A stretch of 64,000 nucleotides of DNA from a phage, in the sequence record PQ327946.1; one strand, given 5' to 3'. Position numbers and translations under genes: made by a program. Shown piece after piece: positions 21,375-32,177 of the stretch (within the stretch, counting starts at the first letter, position 1; each line of letters starts with the position of its first letter). Below the pieces are notes generated by a model that saw only the letters and a program-made list of their open reading frames with translations, did no database searches and had not been told where the DNA came from.

Positions 21375-22543
21375 CAGTATTCCAACGTCCAGGATATCCT
21401 AACTTAAGCGTTAAATTATATCAAGATTATTCGGCTTGGCAAGAAAATAGATACGTTGAACTCGCGGCAACAATAACAACTTTAACCATGCGAGATTCGC
21501 TATATGGAAGAAATGAAGGGATTCTTCAATTTTATGACACTAAAAACATCCACACTAAAATGGATGGTAGACAGATAGTCCAAATCTCTGTTTCAAATTC
21601 AAACACACCTCTCCAAGTTAGAACTCGAATTTACGGATGTAGACATTATTCTGTGTCTGTGGACTCAAAAGGTGACAATATTATTGCAATTGAGCTTGGA
21701 ACAATACATTCTATAGAGAACCTTAAATTTGGGCGACCATTCTTCTCAGACGCAGGAGAATCTATACGTGAAATGTTAGGTGTCATATATAAAGACCGTA
21801 CGTTAATTACTCCGCCAATAAACACTATTAATGCTTATGTTCCTGATATTCCTTGGACAAGCACATTTGATGATTATTTGGCATATGTCAGAGAATTAGG
21901 ACTTGCTACAGCGAGTGATAAGTTCGTATTCGTATGGCAAGATATTTTAGGCGTAAACATGATTGACTATGATACTCTTATTGGTCAGGAAGGCATTAAG
22001 ATGATTGTAGGCGAGCCAAATACTGTAGGTCAGTATATTCAAGAGCTTGAGTATCCATTAGTATGGGATTTCACCTGGATGACTAAAGCTAACCAATTTA
22101 CAAGAGACCCTATTAAAAACGCCACGGTATTCGCTCATTCATTTTTAGATACATCTATTCCGGTTATTGTTACAGGTGATGGTGATAATGCTATTCTTGT
22201 GTCAAGATCAGGTGGATATTCTGAAATGACCTATCGTAATGGATTTGAAGAAGCAAGTCGTCTTCAGACAATGGCTCAATATGACGGATATGCTAAATGC
22301 ACTACTACAGGTAATTTTAACATAACGCCTGCCACTAAAATTATATTTGTTGACCAAAAGAACCAATTCAAATCTGAATTTTACGTGGATGAAGTTATTC
22401 ATGAGTTATCAAATAACAACTCACAAACTCATCTGTACATGTTTACCAACTCAATGGTGTTAGAACCTGTTAACCCAGTTAAGGTTAAAAATGAACTTAA
22501 ATCTGATTCTACCTCTAAAGAAAATAATTCTACCACAGTCTAA
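21371..22543 (+). CDS. 27: baseplate hub protein gp27
   Basis: 390 aa; T4 gp27-like. Confidence 0.85.
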   Translation: MTVFQRPGYPNLSVKLYQDYSAWQENRYVELAATITTLTMRDSLYGRNEGILQFYDTKNIHTKMDGRQIVQISVSNSNTPLQVRTRIYGCRHYSVSVDSKGDNIIAIELGTIHSIENLKFGRPFFSDAGESIREMLGVIYKDRTLITPPINTINAYVPDIPWTSTFDDYLAYVRELGLATASDKFVFVWQDILGVNMIDYDTLIGQEGIKMIVGEPNTVGQYIQELEYPLVWDFTWMTKANQFTRDPIKNATVFAHSFLDTSIPVIVTGDGDNAILVSRSGGYSEMTYRNGFEEASRLQTMAQYDGYAKCTTTGNFNITPATKIIFVDQKNQFKSEFYVDEVIHELSNNNSQTHLYMFTNSMVLEPVNPVKVKNELKSDSTSKENNSTTV

Positions 22544-23024
22544 TAAAAAGGTAATGATTCCCAAATTAGGGCTCAAACATTATAATCTTTTAAAGGACGT
22601 TAAAGGTCCTGACGAAAACATGAAAATCTTAGCTGATTCTATTTGTAAAAATATGAGTCCCGCAGATTTTGATTTTGCATGTCTACACATATTGGAATTT
22701 AATAACAAACTTAAGTCTGAAGTTGAAAAAGATGGATTCACTTATAAACTAGATGACGTCTATGTATGCCAACGAACAGAATTCCAATTTCAAGGTAATA
22801 CTTTTTATTTTAGGCCCCCAGGCAAATTTGAACAATTCGCTACAATCAGTGAAATGCTATCAAATTGCTTAATAAAAGTTAATGACGAAGAGAAAGAAAT
22901 TTCTTTCCTTGAGATGCCTGCTTTTGTAATCAAATGGGCAGAAGACCTTTCGACAACTATTGCTATTCCAGGCCCTAATGGCCCTATTAAGGGTATAGCA
23001 GAAATTATTGGATTGCTTGAATGA
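22491..23024 (+). CDS. 28: baseplate hub distal protein gp28
   Basis: 177 aa; overlaps gene 27 end; T4 position. Confidence 0.75.
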   Translation: MNLNLILPLKKIILPQSNKKVMIPKLGLKHYNLLKDVKGPDENMKILADSICKNMSPADFDFACLHILEFNNKLKSEVEKDGFTYKLDDVYVCQRTEFQFQGNTFYFRPPGKFEQFATISEMLSNCLIKVNDEEKEISFLEMPAFVIKWAEDLSTTIAIPGPNGPIKGIAEIIGLLE

Positions 23025-24796
23025 AACCTGAAGAAATGAAATCCATGCGTAGAAATAAGGTCATTGCCGATAATAAACCACAAAAAGTAGCTGCAACAGC
23101 AGCTACTGATTCATTAGAAGCATTGAATGACATTTCATCAAAACTAGACGATGTCCAAGCCGCGTCTGAACTCACATCGCAAAGTGTAGAAGATAAAGGC
23201 AATGGAATTATTGAATCAATTGGAGACTTAAAGAATTCGACAGATAATACTGCTGAAGGCACAGAGCTTATCGCAGAAGTTATTGAAAAACAAACTGAAG
23301 TCACTAAAAGTATAAACGAAGTTTCTAGTGCAATAAGCTCCAAGTTAGACCGATTAGCTACATTATTAGAGCAAAAATTACAAACATCTACCGCTATTCA
23401 AAATACAGGAGGCACCTCTCTTGAAGTAATTGAGAACGCAATACCTGTTAAAGTGGTTGATAACGAAACTTATGATGAGTTGTTTAAAGCATTACCTACA
23501 CCTGAAAAGATTGATAATAAGCCAGACGAAGATTTCTTCCCAGCCCCGGTTCAAGAAAGTGCTAATTCTACTTCTTCTGATTCTAAAGGCGGAATTAGCT
23601 TTAAATTGAGCGATAAAATTGCAATGCTCACCAAAACAGTTCAAGCCGGGTTTAATAAATCAATATCAATTTCAGACAGAATTGCTGGAATGCTTTTCAA
23701 ATACACTATAACGGCTGCTATTGAAGCAGCAAAAATGGCCGCACTTATTCTTGGTATTGTTATCGGTATTGATTTATTGATAGTCCATTTCAAATATTGG
23801 ACAGACAAGTTCACTTCTGCCTGGGATTTATTTGATGAAAACTTTACTAAATTCTCCGATGAAGCTAAAGAGTGGGGTAAATTCTTAAGTGATATATTCA
23901 CTTCTATTGACTCTATAAAACAATTGTGGGAAGCTGGAGACTGGGGCGGTTTAACCGTTGCTATTGTCAAAGGTGTAGGAACAGCATTAATGAACTTAGG
24001 TGAACTAATTCAATTAGGAATGGCTAAACTCTCCGCGTCTATATTGCGTGCTATAGGTTTTGGTGATACCGCAGACGAAATAGAAGGACGTGCTTTGGAA
24101 GGATTCCAAGAAACTACTGGGAACAAATTAAAGAAAGAAGACCAAGAGAAAGTCGCTAAATATCAAATGAAGCGTGACGATGGAGAATTAGGAACCGTTT
24201 CTAAAGGTCTTGATATGTTACAACGCGGCAAAACATTCGTTACTAACTGGGTTCGTGGTAATGACAATAAAGAAGAGTTTAGTACAAGCGATGAGCGTGC
24301 TGCGGAATCAGCAAAATTAAAAGAGTTACCTGAAGAGGAGCGTAAAGAGGCGTATATAAAAGCTAATGAAACTCGTGCAGCACTGGTTAGATTTGAGGAT
24401 TATATCGATAAAATCGATATGACTAATCCAGAAAATGCTAAAAACGTCGAGAAGTCTTATGCTGATTTAAGTAAACTTATTAAAGACCCTGAACTTAATA
24501 AAACTCCTGTTGTTAAAAAGGAATTAGATGCTAGATTTGAAAAGCTAAATAATAAAATGGCTGAAGCCAAAAAGGCCCAGACAACAGTTAAGCCTGAATC
24601 TTCGACTAAATCTCCTGAAGCAAAACAAGTTCAGTCAATAGAGAAAGGACGTGCTTCTGAATCTAAACAACAGCAACCGGTAGCGGCGATTAGTAACACA
24701 AATAATGTCGTCAAAAAGAATACCGTAGTCCAGAATATGACCCCTGTAACAAGTACAACGGCTCCTGGAATTTTCCATGCCACCGGTGTTAATTAA
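23021..24796 (+). CDS. 29: tail tube tape-measure / baseplate hub protein gp29
   Basis: 591 aa; internal hydrophobic segment; T4 gp29-like. Confidence 0.85.
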   Translation: MKPEEMKSMRRNKVIADNKPQKVAATAATDSLEALNDISSKLDDVQAASELTSQSVEDKGNGIIESIGDLKNSTDNTAEGTELIAEVIEKQTEVTKSINEVSSAISSKLDRLATLLEQKLQTSTAIQNTGGTSLEVIENAIPVKVVDNETYDELFKALPTPEKIDNKPDEDFFPAPVQESANSTSSDSKGGISFKLSDKIAMLTKTVQAGFNKSISISDRIAGMLFKYTITAAIEAAKMAALILGIVIGIDLLIVHFKYWTDKFTSAWDLFDENFTKFSDEAKEWGKFLSDIFTSIDSIKQLWEAGDWGGLTVAIVKGVGTALMNLGELIQLGMAKLSASILRAIGFGDTADEIEGRALEGFQETTGNKLKKEDQEKVAKYQMKRDDGELGTVSKGLDMLQRGKTFVTNWVRGNDNKEEFSTSDERAAESAKLKELPEEERKEAYIKANETRAALVRFEDYIDKIDMTNPENAKNVEKSYADLSKLIKDPELNKTPVVKKELDARFEKLNNKMAEAKKAQTTVKPESSTKSPEAKQVQSIEKGRASESKQQQPVAAISNTNNVVKKNTVVQNMTPVTSTTAPGIFHATGVN

Positions 24797-24804
24797 GGAT
24801 TATT

Positions 24805-25914
24805 ATGATTAGTGTAAAAGAAATAGTAGTAGATGCAAAGGATTTAAATAAAGCAATCCCAGTCTCAGAAAGTGCTGGGCAAAGCACTAAAACCGAAACA
24901 ACTACTAAAACTTATGTTGCTCAATTTCCTACAGGAAGAGCAGCCGGAAATGACTCCACAGGAGACTTCCAGGTAACAGACCTTTATAAGAATGGATTAT
25001 TATTTACCGCGTACAATATGTCTGCACGCGATTCAGGATCCCTCAGGAATTTACGTCCGGCATACGCCGGCACTTCATCTAATGGTATCATATCAGATTT
25101 AACTGATAATGTGAAAGATGCAGTGACTAAATTCTCTAATGGGTTGCTTCCTGCCGGAGCTAATAAACCTACTATAAATAAAACTCCTGTTGCTAATATA
25201 CTTTTGCCACGTTCCAAATCTGACGTTGATACAACTTCACATCGTTTTAATGATGTTGGTGATAGCCTTATTACTAAAGGTGGAGGTACTGCTACGGGTG
25301 TTTTAAGTAACATTGCTTCTACTGCAGTTTTTGGTGCATTAGATTCTATTACTCAAGGGCTTATGGCTGATAATAACGAACAGATTTATACGACTTCTCG
25401 TAGTATGTATGGCGGTGCAGAGAACCGTACTAAAGTCTTTACATGGGATTTAACTCCACGTTCAACTGAAGACCTTATGGCTATTATAAACATTTACCAG
25501 TATTTTAACTATTTCTCATATGGTGAGACCGGTAAATCACAGTACGCCCAAGAGATTAAAAGTTATTTAGACGAATGGTACCGTTCAACGTTTATTGAGC
25601 CTATGACACCAGACGATGCAGTAAAAAATAAGACATTGTTTGAAAAGATTACTGCGTCATTAACAAACGTATTAGTTGTAAGCAACCCTACAATTTGGAT
25701 GGTTAAAAACTTTGGTTATACGTCTAAATTTGATGGATTAACTGACGTATTTGGCCCATGTCAAATTCAAAGCGTACGTTTTGATAAAACTCCAAATGGA
25801 CAATTTAATGGTCTTGCTGTTGCTCCTAACTTACCATCAACATTTACGTTAGAGATAACAATGCGAGAAATTATTACATTAAACCGTTCTTCACTTTATG
25901 CGGGGACTTTCTAA
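24805..25914 (+). CDS. 48: baseplate-tail tube junction protein gp48
   Basis: 369 aa; T4 order 29-48-54. Confidence 0.85.
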   Translation: MISVKEIVVDAKDLNKAIPVSESAGQSTKTETTTKTYVAQFPTGRAAGNDSTGDFQVTDLYKNGLLFTAYNMSARDSGSLRNLRPAYAGTSSNGIISDLTDNVKDAVTKFSNGLLPAGANKPTINKTPVANILLPRSKSDVDTTSHRFNDVGDSLITKGGGTATGVLSNIASTAVFGALDSITQGLMADNNEQIYTTSRSMYGGAENRTKVFTWDLTPRSTEDLMAIINIYQYFNYFSYGETGKSQYAQEIKSYLDEWYRSTFIEPMTPDDAVKNKTLFEKITASLTNVLVVSNPTIWMVKNFGYTSKFDGLTDVFGPCQIQSVRFDKTPNGQFNGLAVAPNLPSTFTLEITMREIITLNRSSLYAGTF

Positions 25915-26876
25915 TGTACTCTTTAGAAGAATTTAATAACCAAGCTATAAATGCAGATTTCCAACGAAACAATATGTTTAGTTGTGTATTTGCTACTACA
26001 CCATCGACTAAATCATCTTCACTAATTTCGTCAATTGGTAGTTTTGCTTATAATAACTTAGGGTTGGATTCAGATTGGCTAGGATTGTCTCAAGGTGATA
26101 TCAATCAGGGCGTAACAACCCTGATTACAGCAGGAACACAGAAATTAATTCGAAAATCAGGTATAAGTAAATATCTGATTGGAGCAATGAGTCAACGTAC
26201 GGTACAAAGCTTGTTAGGCGAGTTCACAGTAGGATCTTATCTGATAGACTTCTTCAATATGGCATATAATAATACAGGTTTAATGATTTATTCTGTAAAA
26301 ATGCCTGAGAACCGATTATCTTATGAAACGGATTTCAACTATAACTCCCCGAACATCCGAATTACCGGCCGTGAAATGGACCCGTTAGTAATAAGCTTTA
26401 GAATGGATTCCGAAGCATCTAACTTTAGAGCAATGCAAGACTGGGTAAACTCAGTCCAAGACCCTGTAACAGGTCTTCGTGCTTTACCACAAGACGTCGA
26501 AGCAGATATTCAGGTTAATTTACACGCACGAAATGGTTTACCACATACCGCTGTCATGTTCACAGGATGTATTCCTGTTAGTGTCTCTTCTCCTGAGTTA
26601 ACGTATGATGGTGATAATCAGATAACAGTTTTTGATGTAACATTTGCTTATCGCGTTATGCAATCAGGTGCTGTAAATAGACAGGCTGCTTTAGAATGGC
26701 TGGAATCAGGACTTATTAGTAGTGTTTCAGGAATGTTTGGAAATAATCAGAATGATTCTGGACTAGGAAGTGCAGTATCAAGACTTTCTAGATTAGGTGG
26801 GACTGCTGGTGGTGTGTCTAATATAAACACATTGACAGGTGTGGTGAATTCTGCGTCAAGAGTTTTAGGACTATAA
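25914..26876 (+). CDS. 54: baseplate-tail tube initiator gp54
   Basis: 320 aa; tail-tube-like; T4 position. Confidence 0.85.
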   Translation: MYSLEEFNNQAINADFQRNNMFSCVFATTPSTKSSSLISSIGSFAYNNLGLDSDWLGLSQGDINQGVTTLITAGTQKLIRKSGISKYLIGAMSQRTVQSLLGEFTVGSYLIDFFNMAYNNTGLMIYSVKMPENRLSYETDFNYNSPNIRITGREMDPLVISFRMDSEASNFRAMQDWVNSVQDPVTGLRALPQDVEADIQVNLHARNGLPHTAVMFTGCIPVSVSSPELTYDGDNQITVFDVTFAYRVMQSGAVNRQAALEWLESGLISSVSGMFGNNQNDSGLGSAVSRLSRLGGTAGGVSNINTLTGVVNSASRVLGL

Positions 26877-26896
26877 GAAAAAGGGAGACAACGTCT
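26871..26896. terminator. terminator between gene 54 and the alt region
   Basis: AAGGGAGAC-AAC-GTCTCCCTT hairpin with flanking A/T runs. Confidence 0.55.
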
Positions 26897-26908
26897 CCCT
26901 TTAGGGGT

Positions 26909-27202
26909 TTATTTACGGAATGAAAGGAATGCTGGTGCTCGGAATGGAGTATCATCTTTAGAGTATTTAACTAATACGACCATTGGCACCTCTGTTTCTA
27001 AATGACCTGTCACTACACCGATAAAAATTTGATCAGTGTGCTCAGGGTCACGAAAGTTTTTAAGAGGTTCCATAGCAATATGGAATGCACCTGGGAATAC
27101 TCGATTCAATTCGTCAATCACAGCTTCGTTAAAAACATCATCCGCCGGGATAACATCTTCAACTACTAGTTCTTGACCATTAAAGCGAAGCATAGATTTC
27201 AT
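26909..27202 (-). CDS. hypothetical protein (alt.-1-like), start trimmed to internal Met
   Basis: Track ORF 26909..27274 runs through an early promoter motif; Met at MKSMLRFNG.. is preceded by GAGGA. Confidence 0.4.
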   Translation of the reverse strand: MKSMLRFNGQELVVEDVIPADDVFNEAVIDELNRVFPGAFHIAMEPLKNFRDPEHTDQIFIGVVTGHLETEVPMVVLVKYSKDDTPFRAPAFLSFRK

Positions 27203-27232
27203 AACGTTTTCCTCATGTTGTTGATGGGATGA

Positions 27233-27261
27233 TAGTATCACACATTCATGTGTTTGTAAAC
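27233..27261 (-). promoter_or_regulatory. early promoter upstream of the alt.-1-like ORF
   Basis: GTTTAC-N18-TACTAT; palindrome ACACATGAATGTGT in spacer. Confidence 0.45.
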
Positions 27262-29348
27262 TATCCTTGGACAAATTTAAACGGAACTGATTCTAAATCC
27301 ATTAAAGATGCTAACAATTTCAATCCTTTAGGAGCACTAGTTTTTTCTACAAACGTGGAGAACGATACCAGCTCATCTGATTCGATTTCACCCGTCATAG
27401 CAACCACCTCGCCTGTTTCCATGAGAACATCACCGTCGTAAATGACAGCTTCGTCCAACTGGTCCGAGGACATGACTTCAGCTTGAATAAATTTAAGGTT
27501 GGATTCTAAACCTGCACCAGTGTCAGATGACGCATCTGTAATTTTATTTATCTGCAAGAGAATACCTCTAGGCAAAATAATTTCTTGCTCGTTAGGGTGA
27601 TTACTCAACTGTCCAGGATAAATCACGTTAACTTTATGGGCGCCATCAATAGCCCATCCAACGTTAACACGGATTTGGTCTGGTGCATGCATAGCTGTTC
27701 TTACTTGACTAGGAGAAATAGTAACACCTTCGTCATTATTATCAATGTTAAGCTCTTTGCGAACTTCTTCAGGAGCAAGTCCAAGGGCAACGTTCTCTTT
27801 AAACCCACCGAAAATAATAGGAGCTAGTGAAGTGGAAACATAGTTTCTGAAGTAGAATACCTTATTTTTAACCATTGCTTCGTAAATAGGCATTCTGATA
27901 GACTGGGCTCTATATAACGTTAGTCCTTCAGGTAAACGGTCTCCATTTAAAAACGCTGAATCAAGACCATCAATAGCGCGTTTAACTTCATCTTCATCTG
28001 CAACATCGTAAAAATCTGGTTTATAACGACCTAACAGCATATTATTGATATCGGTATACGCAGAAGAGGCATATTCACGAATAGCTCGTTTTTCAGCAAC
28101 AGAGTATTGATTAGGGACCCGATTCATTGTTATATTAAAGGTGCCTCTAGCCGATTCTCGTGCATAAGTATACATCACATTAGACAAGAACGCTGATTTA
28201 CGTTGTTTCCAAGTTCTTTCAGATACTTCAGCTAAAACGTCGTCGGGCAGTTGGAAATTATCACGTCTAAAATCTTCAAACCATTCGTCTTTAATAGAGT
28301 CTGCAATTTCATTTGCAGCTTCAACAAAAGCAGCTAATGCTTTAACAGATGTTGTTTTTTCAGTTTTAATTTTCTTAGCAAACTTTTCTAAAGTCGGCTT
28401 AATAACACTACCATAAGAAACTTCATCAGCAAATTTAAAGGATTCATCAATACGATTATAAATCTTATTTTCGATATCAGCAACTAAAGTGCCTTTTGCT
28501 GTGGACGATGCTTGGGCTAGTACGATTTCATATGCTTCAGGAAGTAATTCGGCTGTAGCTGGGCCACTAACTTCTTTAGCAGAATTTTCATATTTCTGGA
28601 ATAACTCACCTTCTTGGCGGTCAGCTTCTAAAGATTGACTTGCTGCAATAGCACGACGAGAAATTTTAGTACGAGCAATAACAGGCTTATCTTTACGTTT
28701 TTCTTCTACAGCAGCAATAGAACCAGCGATAGCCGTTTCTTTGGTGACCTTTTCACCAGTCTTTTTACTCACATAAACTTCGCCAACTTCAGAATCTACT
28801 TTCGTGTACAACTCTGTGTTAATGTTAGGGATGCCTTTAATATCTTCAATGTTGGCATTTTTACGAACCATCATCACATAGGTGTGTTTACCTGTGAATT
28901 GATACATTGCTGACAATACTTTAAAACGACCGCCAGTTTTAGTAGAAACTAAACGAGCAAGAAGAGTTTGAAGCTGTTGTCCACGTCCTTTCAATTTCTT
29001 GGTAGGGAATCGGAACAGAACTGCATCCATACGAAGAGCTTTAACCTGTTCATATACTGTATTGAAAATGGTGTTGATTGCATCAATAGGAGCAGGACCA
29101 AGGCCGTTTTTCAATTCAGCGAGATTACCCTTTTCAGACAGACTCATAATAACAACATGAGCGTATTTGTCGCCAAGTTTAACTTGTTTTACAGCATCGC
29201 CTTCAGAAAGGTAAGAGAATAAGCGAACTACGATGTTTGTATCAACATCACCAATTTTCCAGACTTGTGGAACTTTAGCTTTAGGGTTCAAATTGACGAC
29301 AGGAAGACTGCCTTCAGATTCAAACACTTCATTTAATTGTTCAGACAT
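27261..29348 (-). CDS. alt: Alt ADP-ribosyltransferase
   Basis: 695 aa; T4 Alt-like; position between 54 and 30. Confidence 0.85.
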   Translation of the reverse strand: MSEQLNEVFESEGSLPVVNLNPKAKVPQVWKIGDVDTNIVVRLFSYLSEGDAVKQVKLGDKYAHVVIMSLSEKGNLAELKNGLGPAPIDAINTIFNTVYEQVKALRMDAVLFRFPTKKLKGRGQQLQTLLARLVSTKTGGRFKVLSAMYQFTGKHTYVMMVRKNANIEDIKGIPNINTELYTKVDSEVGEVYVSKKTGEKVTKETAIAGSIAAVEEKRKDKPVIARTKISRRAIAASQSLEADRQEGELFQKYENSAKEVSGPATAELLPEAYEIVLAQASSTAKGTLVADIENKIYNRIDESFKFADEVSYGSVIKPTLEKFAKKIKTEKTTSVKALAAFVEAANEIADSIKDEWFEDFRRDNFQLPDDVLAEVSERTWKQRKSAFLSNVMYTYARESARGTFNITMNRVPNQYSVAEKRAIREYASSAYTDINNMLLGRYKPDFYDVADEDEVKRAIDGLDSAFLNGDRLPEGLTLYRAQSIRMPIYEAMVKNKVFYFRNYVSTSLAPIIFGGFKENVALGLAPEEVRKELNIDNNDEGVTISPSQVRTAMHAPDQIRVNVGWAIDGAHKVNVIYPGQLSNHPNEQEIILPRGILLQINKITDASSDTGAGLESNLKFIQAEVMSSDQLDEAVIYDGDVLMETGEVVAMTGEIESDELVSFSTFVEKTSAPKGLKLLASLMDLESVPFKFVQG

Positions 29349-29382
29349 AGTGTTTTCCTTTTAGTAATAATTTATATTTATG

Positions 29383-29406
29383 CCAAAAAAGAGCCCGAAG
29401 GCTCTT
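29383..29406 (-). terminator. terminator separating the gene 30 operon from alt
   Basis: Minus-strand hairpin AAGAGCC-UUCG-GGCUCUU followed by U6. Confidence 0.6.
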
Positions 29407-29593
29407 AATCCACAATCGGGAGCAAAGTACGATAAACTTCAAAATTAGGGCCTTTTTCGTACTTATCAAAATTGTCCATAAAAATACGATAGGAATCGTT
29501 ATTAGGAAAATCTAATACAATTTGGGAACAAGAGGTGGAAACATTGCGACCATCTTTATTAGCGACAACTACTGTTTCTAAATAAGCTTTCAT
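29405..29593 (-). CDS. hypothetical small protein (about 62 aa, start trimmed)
   Basis: ORF downstream of gene 30 with ATGA-type overlap; terminator hairpin at its 3' end. Confidence 0.35.
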   Translation of the reverse strand: MKAYLETVVVANKDGRNVSTSCSQIVLDFPNNDSYRIFMDNFDKYEKGPNFEVYRTLLPIVD

Positions 29594-31086
29594 TATAAAC
29601 CTGTCTGGGACCACGGTCCAAATACGTCTTCAAATGAATCCGCTTCTGTTTTATCAAAACGGAACCCTTTAATAATTGGAAGGAAAATACCTACAGTACC
29701 TTCACGGCCTTTAGAATGAACCCAACCATTACATTCACAATCAGCGATACGTCCAATTAATTTACCTTCACGGGCTTCTGTCATTAATCGTTCACGGTCT
29801 AAATCATGACGCTCGTCTAAAGGAATAAGAACCTTTACACCGTCAACTGTTTTATGAGTTGTATCTTTAAACCCTGAACCACAATCGGTTGTAATACGAC
29901 GACAACGTGATACGAGTTCGACACCACCTAATTTGTTAGGGTCTTTAGAGTGTTCATAGTATCCTACAACTTCTAAAGCGATATCAATAACTTCTTTAAA
30001 TTTAATTAGGTTCTTAGAGCGTTTGTTTTCCCAATATGAATCACGGTTTTTAAGGATAATACCTTCAAGGCCTTGGTCAACATATTTTTTATAAACCACT
30101 TTAGCTTCGTCAAGATTACGAACTAACTGGTTTTCGATAGGTTCAATTCGCTTAAAGCCTTCAGCCATATTTTCAAGAGCAGCAAAACGAACATCGTATT
30201 TCTGACCTTTAATTTTGCCATCAGAATAGACTTCATCTAAAGGAACATAGTCCCAGGCTTGAAGAACCATACCTTCCGCTTCTTTAGGAGAAATAGTCCC
30301 TTGAAGAGATTTATTTGCTAAACCATTTGAAGTGCTACGGTCTGCAACTTGTACTTCTTCGGATTCTTCATTATCACCAAATAAGAACGACAGATCATTT
30401 CCTGAGCTCACAGCCTTTTTAATATCGAATGAATGATAAACTAATTCACCGTCGATTAAAACCCCATTAGGGTGTCTTTCACGAGCTTCTTTAGTCATTT
30501 CCATTAGTTCATCCGCTAATAGAGTAAGACCATGGTATTCGTTACCGGCACGAGAAAAGAATTGAACACCACCATCGCGGACTTCAGCGAAACAACGAGC
30601 ACCATCTGCTTTTAATTGGGCAAATGCGGGCCATTTAATATTTTTAGTAATCAATTTCTCATCATATGCAGATGCTAACATCTGTGGTTGCAATTGAATA
30701 AGTCCAGGCCACACCTTATTCGCGATAGACACTGAAGCACCTACTTCAAGGTCTCGCATCATTACACGGCGTAGTACTTCAACATCATCAGGTTTACCGT
30801 CGGCGATATAACCCATGAGCTCTTTAATTGCTGCATTACCAGTGAGTTTACGAGTGGCCAATGTGAACTCAATAAAATCCAACATGTCATCTAATTCAAG
30901 AAGGCCATACGCTTGAGACCTTTCACCTGGCCCCGGCCATTTCTTAATATAATACTGAATGCCATGTGCATACGTTAAACGATATACACGTTCAAGTAAT
31001 TTGTTGTCCTTATTTTTCTTAAGGATTTCCTGTTTTGTTTTAGTAGAACCGATCGCAGCTATTTGGTTTAAAATATCTAAAATCAT
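29593..31086 (-). CDS. 30: ATP-dependent DNA ligase gp30
   Basis: 497 aa; ligase adenylation motif KADGAR; T4 gp30-like. Confidence 0.9.
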   Translation of the reverse strand: MILDILNQIAAIGSTKTKQEILKKNKDNKLLERVYRLTYAHGIQYYIKKWPGPGERSQAYGLLELDDMLDFIEFTLATRKLTGNAAIKELMGYIADGKPDDVEVLRRVMMRDLEVGASVSIANKVWPGLIQLQPQMLASAYDEKLITKNIKWPAFAQLKADGARCFAEVRDGGVQFFSRAGNEYHGLTLLADELMEMTKEARERHPNGVLIDGELVYHSFDIKKAVSSGNDLSFLFGDNEESEEVQVADRSTSNGLANKSLQGTISPKEAEGMVLQAWDYVPLDEVYSDGKIKGQKYDVRFAALENMAEGFKRIEPIENQLVRNLDEAKVVYKKYVDQGLEGIILKNRDSYWENKRSKNLIKFKEVIDIALEVVGYYEHSKDPNKLGGVELVSRCRRITTDCGSGFKDTTHKTVDGVKVLIPLDERHDLDRERLMTEAREGKLIGRIADCECNGWVHSKGREGTVGIFLPIIKGFRFDKTEADSFEDVFGPWSQTGL

Positions 31087-31352
31087 TTGATATCCTCGAT
31101 TTTGGTTACGGTTCTATTATAAGCCACTTCATCTAGAAGCGATTTCAGCGTTTTCTGATAAGTGGTAATCCATTTACCGAGTCCTTCAACATAATATTCT
31201 GAAATGTAGATGAACCCTTGTTCAACACACTCTTTAAATATTTCTGCGTCTTTTACTGAACGAAACATTGGCCAGTCTCTAAAGAACATGTTAACGTGAC
31301 CGTAGTCACGCGTTGTGTTTTTGCCATCTGTAATATCATGAACTACAAACAT
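31083..31352 (-). CDS. hypothetical protein (30.1-like, 89 aa)
   Basis: ORF, translationally coupled to gene 30. Confidence 0.4.
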   Translation of the reverse strand: MFVVHDITDGKNTTRDYGHVNMFFRDWPMFRSVKDAEIFKECVEQGFIYISEYYVEGLGKWITTYQKTLKSLLDEVAYNRTVTKIEDIK

Positions 31353-31361
31353 AATTAACCC

Positions 31362-32177
31362 TTAACAATTTATAGACCAAGTCCATTTGGACGAATCTAA
31401 AGGAAAGTTTTGAATCGTCCACCATGGCTGCATATCGGTTGGTCCTTGGTTTCGCCAGGTATACGGATTCGACGGAGTGCCAATTTGATTAGGCCATGCA
31501 CCTGGACTTGTTGCACCAGATTCTTTAAGCAAATCTGCCAATCGTTTTAAAAGGTCTTCACTATCTGAATCTGAATTATGCTCTGGCGGAACCAATCGAG
31601 ATTCAATATCATCCCACGTGTGTACACGTTGTGCAGTACGAGGAATGGCATCACGTTCACCACGAGCCAACCAATAAATCGGTACATTAAGAATTTCTGC
31701 TGCATGGTCACAGTGATGAGCTAAATCGTCAACGTAACAAATCACGTTATATTTTGTTTTAGCTAGTTCAAATAATTGTTCCTTTGAAGAATCATGACCA
31801 CACATCATTACTTCAGAGAAAGCGCCTGGGAACAAAGCATTCAAATTAAATTGTCTATTCAATCGAGCATCAATTGAATCACCTAGCGCCGTCACGGCTA
31901 CAAAATTATAGTCTTCTTTTAGTTTATTGATAACTCGAAGAGCATCAGAATAAGGCGCTAAGTAACGAATAAAATCAGAGCTATTATATTTTTCTATTAA
32001 TTGTTTACCAAGGTTATCGTCGGTATTGAACAGTTTACCAGGAGAAATAAATTTTTCGTCCTGAATCATTTTTAAAATATGTTCTAATGGAAGATTATAT
32101 TTTTGGGCAAAATAAGGAAGTCCAGATTGCCAGCTTAAACATACACCATCAATATCAGTCAAAATAGTAGGCTTCAT
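31362..32177 (-). CDS. HAD-superfamily hydrolase-like protein (30.2-like)
   Basis: 271 aa; N-terminal ILTDIDGV matches the HAD DxDG(T/V) motif. Confidence 0.5.
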   Translation of the reverse strand: MKPTILTDIDGVCLSWQSGLPYFAQKYNLPLEHILKMIQDEKFISPGKLFNTDDNLGKQLIEKYNSSDFIRYLAPYSDALRVINKLKEDYNFVAVTALGDSIDARLNRQFNLNALFPGAFSEVMMCGHDSSKEQLFELAKTKYNVICYVDDLAHHCDHAAEILNVPIYWLARGERDAIPRTAQRVHTWDDIESRLVPPEHNSDSDSEDLLKRLADLLKESGATSPGAWPNQIGTPSNPYTWRNQGPTDMQPWWTIQNFPLDSSKWTWSINC

